A program made the translations under genes and the position numbers. A stretch of 20,000 nt of DNA, taken from Saprolegnia diclina VS20. Lineage: Eukaryota. The notes beneath the pieces are model-generated. The model searched no databases and had not been told where the DNA came from. It saw only the letters and a program-made list of their open reading frames with translations. This document shows, one piece after another, positions 17,901 to 20,000 of this stretch. Every line of letters begins with the position of its first letter. Position 1 is the first letter of the stretch. The stretch lies in assembly GCF_000281045.1 (NCBI RefSeq), contig NW_008246081.1:526719-546718 (forward strand), read 5' to 3'.

Positions 17901-20000
17901 TACCCCCTACTGCTACCTCGACGTCGATCGGCGCTGGGAAATGGCCAACTCGGCCACGCGCCAGGCTCGCTGCGGTGCCATGACCACAAATGGCGCCATC
18001 TACCTCGAGACGCTGGTGCGCAACGTCGACGCGGCGTCGTGGCGCGCCTGCTGGGGTGATGCGTTCGACGTGGCCTTTGGCGCCGAGCTACAGCAGTCGC
18101 ACGTCGGGCGCGAGTGGCTTCTCACAGCCTATCTGACGCGGTCGCTTGCGGTTGTTGACGAAGTGACCTACTGGCGGACCCATGGCATCCGCTATTATGA
18201 CACGCAATGGCAAAACTACAAACAGCTCGGCGTGCTCAACAGCTACAGCATCGTCAACTGCTACGACGCCATGTACCCGCTAACACTCCAGTCGCAAAAC
18301 GGCTCGTATCGCTTCTCGAGCCAATCGAGCTGGAAGATGTACTGGGCACTGGCCAACGACTTGTCGGCTGTGATGCGCAACGAGAGCGGCCTGAGGGGTT
18401 TGTCGCTACTGCGGTCGAGTGCGCGGTATGGCTTTGGCAACCAGTCGATGGAGGCGGTGTTGATGCAAAATGGCGAGATCACGGCGCCATTTACGACGGG
18501 GTTTGCCTTGCTATCCGACATCCTCGGTCCATTTGGCTCGGTCGACATGATGTACATCAGCGTCCCAAGTCTACTGCAACAAACGTTCGCGGAGCTTTTG
18601 CGATGCCTTAAGACGTCGCTGGCCAGTGACGCGGCGGTCCAGTCACAATTTGCTGGCCTCGTGGCCATGCCATATCTGGCACCGATCCCGAAGATGTGGA
18701 TGCAAGCATACGCCTTCACGTCGGGGGGGTCGCCGCTGTGTCCAAGCACAGCAAGTCTCAGTCCTCTCAGTATGGGGCTCCCCACCATGCTCTCCTTCTC
18801 GCTACCGTGCAACCCTGTCGCCCCCTTTGTGGCTTCACTCAACCCGACGGTCGAGCAGTACGTGGTGGCGCTAGCGATGGCGTGGGATATCATGCCGTCG
18901 ATTAGCGACGTCTGCGACCTCGTGCCTTCGAATTTCGGACCTTGCCATGAATACTTACCCCCGATCATCGCGTTTACTGACAAGCATGTGACGTTGCCAC
19001 TCGATATGACAGTCGTTCGAGCGCTCGTCGCAAGCCTCTCGATCGAGCTGCTGCTGTACGCGCAGGCCAACACGAGCGCCGTCACCGAGCTCGCGCACCT
19101 GCCCCTTTTCTACGCGCCGGAGTTTGAGCTCTACGCGTGGCTCTTCCTCTCCGACTGGGTCCTCGGGACGCGCGAAGTCATAGCATTCCAGGGCGATCGC
19201 GGTAATCTCACGCTTCTCGCAGAGTTTCAGCTGCCGACGAACGAGCAAATCGGGTCCTGGCAGCTCTCGACCAATATCGCGCTCTACACCCGCGCGGGTG
19301 TCCTCTACATCACGTGCGTGCTCCTCGGTGTCGCCGTCATTGTGACCTGCTACATCCTAACCAGCCGCGGCGCCTTTGAGTGGCTCAACATGCTCGAGCT
19401 CAGTCGCGTCGGCGGCATCGTCTGGGTCGGTCGACCACTTCTGCTGCTGCGCGCCACCACGGCCCTCTCGGTGCTCTCGACAGCGACGCTCCAGCTTCTC
19501 TATGAGAACGAGTCGATAAGTGCATTTCAGACAGTCCAGAATCCTTGGTATACGACGATCCTCGCGGCCAGCGAGGTCACGTGGCTCGTCGCCGTCGTCA
19601 ACGACGTGGCCATGGCGGTCACGCAGGCCTACACGGCGCACTACGCGACCTTCAACAGCGTCGCCGTGTGGGCGACCGTCGCCCTTCTCTCGTTCGTTGC
19701 GCCCGTGACGCACACCGTGTCATTAGAGCCCACGTGCGACCTCGTGCAGCTCGACTGGCAGATCGTGTGCGCGTCCGGCCACATTGTGATTGGTCAGTGG
19801 TCGCGCTACGTCATGCTCGTCACGATCGTCGTGGGCTGGAATGGCGTGTGCTATGGGAGCACGCGGCTGTGGCTGCGACGGCCGCCGATCACGCACGGTC
19901 GGTCCGTCTTTCTCTCGTGCGGCGCCAAGTACCTCTTTGAACAACGCCAGTGGACGCACGACGGCGTGTACTATCTGGACCGCGCGTCGGCCGTGCTCAC
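14986..20000 (+). CDS. Giant intronless multi-pass membrane protein (>1670 aa, 3' end outside window) made of two homologous ~830-860-aa modules; oomycete-type protein of unknown function
   Basis: Frame 1 reads open from ATG 14986 (MAQVLPTTAVAP...) to the window end (...GVYYLDRASAVL) and is missing from the ORF track, presumably because it has no stop. Repeated motifs: NDLWWP/NDLFWP, CYVDF/CYLDV, RQARC, NAAVYIE/NGAIYLE, QWQN, DW+LG.REV++F+GD, VW+GRP, E.TW. Confidence 0.88.
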   Translation, partial: MAQVLPTTAVAPSTQSPLLVVFGVVYIVFSSLLSLVYVHTLAVSTDNDLWWPHYNVSGHEAFLADVSNMLLVAHAYANATFQVNLLSLRMHKTYIDAEATTSLYPTYPRQLAYHELTSLSYAIANLRTLSATWALQVHTQWCYVDFEQHFAVAHTAARQARCEVKYATNAAVYIEATLRNLIWTEFIGAWGGPGNAFTVALEAGLAASSRGQRWLEVTSTARANTSVEDELTYWQSFALTSFTLQWQNFRQTGVTESMAICNAMGLPHTFTIKSLHHWQGPGTSVNLFWGAINDLWSLTLLNASLLTGSSNDFRSMRISLEFLNGNMDANGGFSAPAATLRAHLGPFVSIDAFLLGVPPSLHAAYVALAGDATSSSRMALPVQPKAWANATFYTGNPLCVQGPIATTFAQRPFSFEDSCSSPQPLTVPLTAHGAQFARAMSSIRPDNVCFMQPPECMRLLQATQDTPIDALLRHDATAATAALNISLVQIATNTSGHWQLLHQAILSESDPSSWPPFYGWLLLHDWILGIREVVSFEGDAASLVLISAPYEPVLYATSRGSMEGATMHIWHLLAALNVLYVLVAAAVLVYMMCSPFTGANAFFFNRIIGSVWIGRPFSFLRGLSAIALLSTAPLSLVQTSPGVTGLVATPRSWVEAALLSGEATWTTYVLQDVLLLLRTPHLARTELPRASLVSFLLVLALERAWPLSPSLTLERSCYSEDMDAYVQCTSGTIYIGSASRILLYLAVPLASQVLSACVWRYSAPIGSDATDYDAHLCGLSRALLRHPSDSTDRVALCMSGILTWGYRGQRYTFDIKTWTFLLDNVKAGPPVDFCAKSGLAVSTAHSAAPARICRVLGFVYVVSAITASVSYMRVSAVSLANDLFWPHFNSTGTHVFLATWIQLQLLLYANPNTTALTAPHVNLPTPFNATGATISPPLSYATKLQHGVFATRLEAIVAGLRALDGCDAPWVFTPYCYLDVDRRWEMANSATRQARCGAMTTNGAIYLETLVRNVDAASWRACWGDAFDVAFGAELQQSHVGREWLLTAYLTRSLAVVDEVTYWRTHGIRYYDTQWQNYKQLGVLNSYSIVNCYDAMYPLTLQSQNGSYRFSSQSSWKMYWALANDLSAVMRNESGLRGLSLLRSSARYGFGNQSMEAVLMQNGEITAPFTTGFALLSDILGPFGSVDMMYISVPSLLQQTFAELLRCLKTSLASDAAVQSQFAGLVAMPYLAPIPKMWMQAYAFTSGGSPLCPSTASLSPLSMGLPTMLSFSLPCNPVAPFVASLNPTVEQYVVALAMAWDIMPSISDVCDLVPSNFGPCHEYLPPIIAFTDKHVTLPLDMTVVRALVASLSIELLLYAQANTSAVTELAHLPLFYAPEFELYAWLFLSDWVLGTREVIAFQGDRGNLTLLAEFQLPTNEQIGSWQLSTNIALYTRAGVLYITCVLLGVAVIVTCYILTSRGAFEWLNMLELSRVGGIVWVGRPLLLLRATTALSVLSTATLQLLYENESISAFQTVQNPWYTTILAASEVTWLVAVVNDVAMAVTQAYTAHYATFNSVAVWATVALLSFVAPVTHTVSLEPTCDLVQLDWQIVCASGHIVIGQWSRYVMLVTIVVGWNGVCYGSTRLWLRRPPITHGRSVFLSCGAKYLFEQRQWTHDGVYYLDRASAVL
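17540..20000 (+). repeat. Second copy of an internal protein-level repeat (module 1 is ~15040..17450)
   Basis: Collinear motif pairs: NDL.WP 15124/17626; WQN 15721/18208; REV 16576/19171; VW.GRP 16816/19420. Similarity is at amino-acid level with diverged DNA. Confidence 0.8.

Noticed and set aside
15041..19959. Many short ORFs listed in the track across 15-20 kb
   Set aside because: All are alternative-frame or antisense shadows of the single frame-1 ORF starting at 14986.
1..20000. CRISPR arrays, transposons, prokaryotic operon or defence systems
   Set aside because: No spaced direct repeats, terminal repeats or transposase/RT motifs were seen; the DNA is intron-containing eukaryotic sequence.

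Overview
Eukaryotic, GC-rich, gene-dense DNA with very short (40-54 nt) GT-AG introns. Gene content (elicitin-like protein, flagellar radial spoke protein, a giant repeat membrane protein) points to an oomycete, most likely Saprolegniales (inference). Ten protein-coding genes in order: the 3' end of a protein ending in a Dicer dimerisation (DUF283) domain (+); radial spoke head protein 9 (-); a secreted double elicitin-like protein (-); splicing factor Prp3 (+); two tandem histidine acid phosphatase paralogues (-); an EamA/DMT transporter (+); a WD40 protein (-) head-to-head with a SAC3/GANP protein (+); and a >1670-aa intronless ORF running off the window end, absent from the ORF track, built from two ~830-860-aa membrane modules. 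The most notable items are that two-module membrane protein, the RNase III-less DUF283 gene, and the phosphatase pair with an H-R-E motif and no signal peptide. No RNA genes, mobile elements or CRISPR arrays were supported. All family calls come from motif recognition by eye, not database searches.
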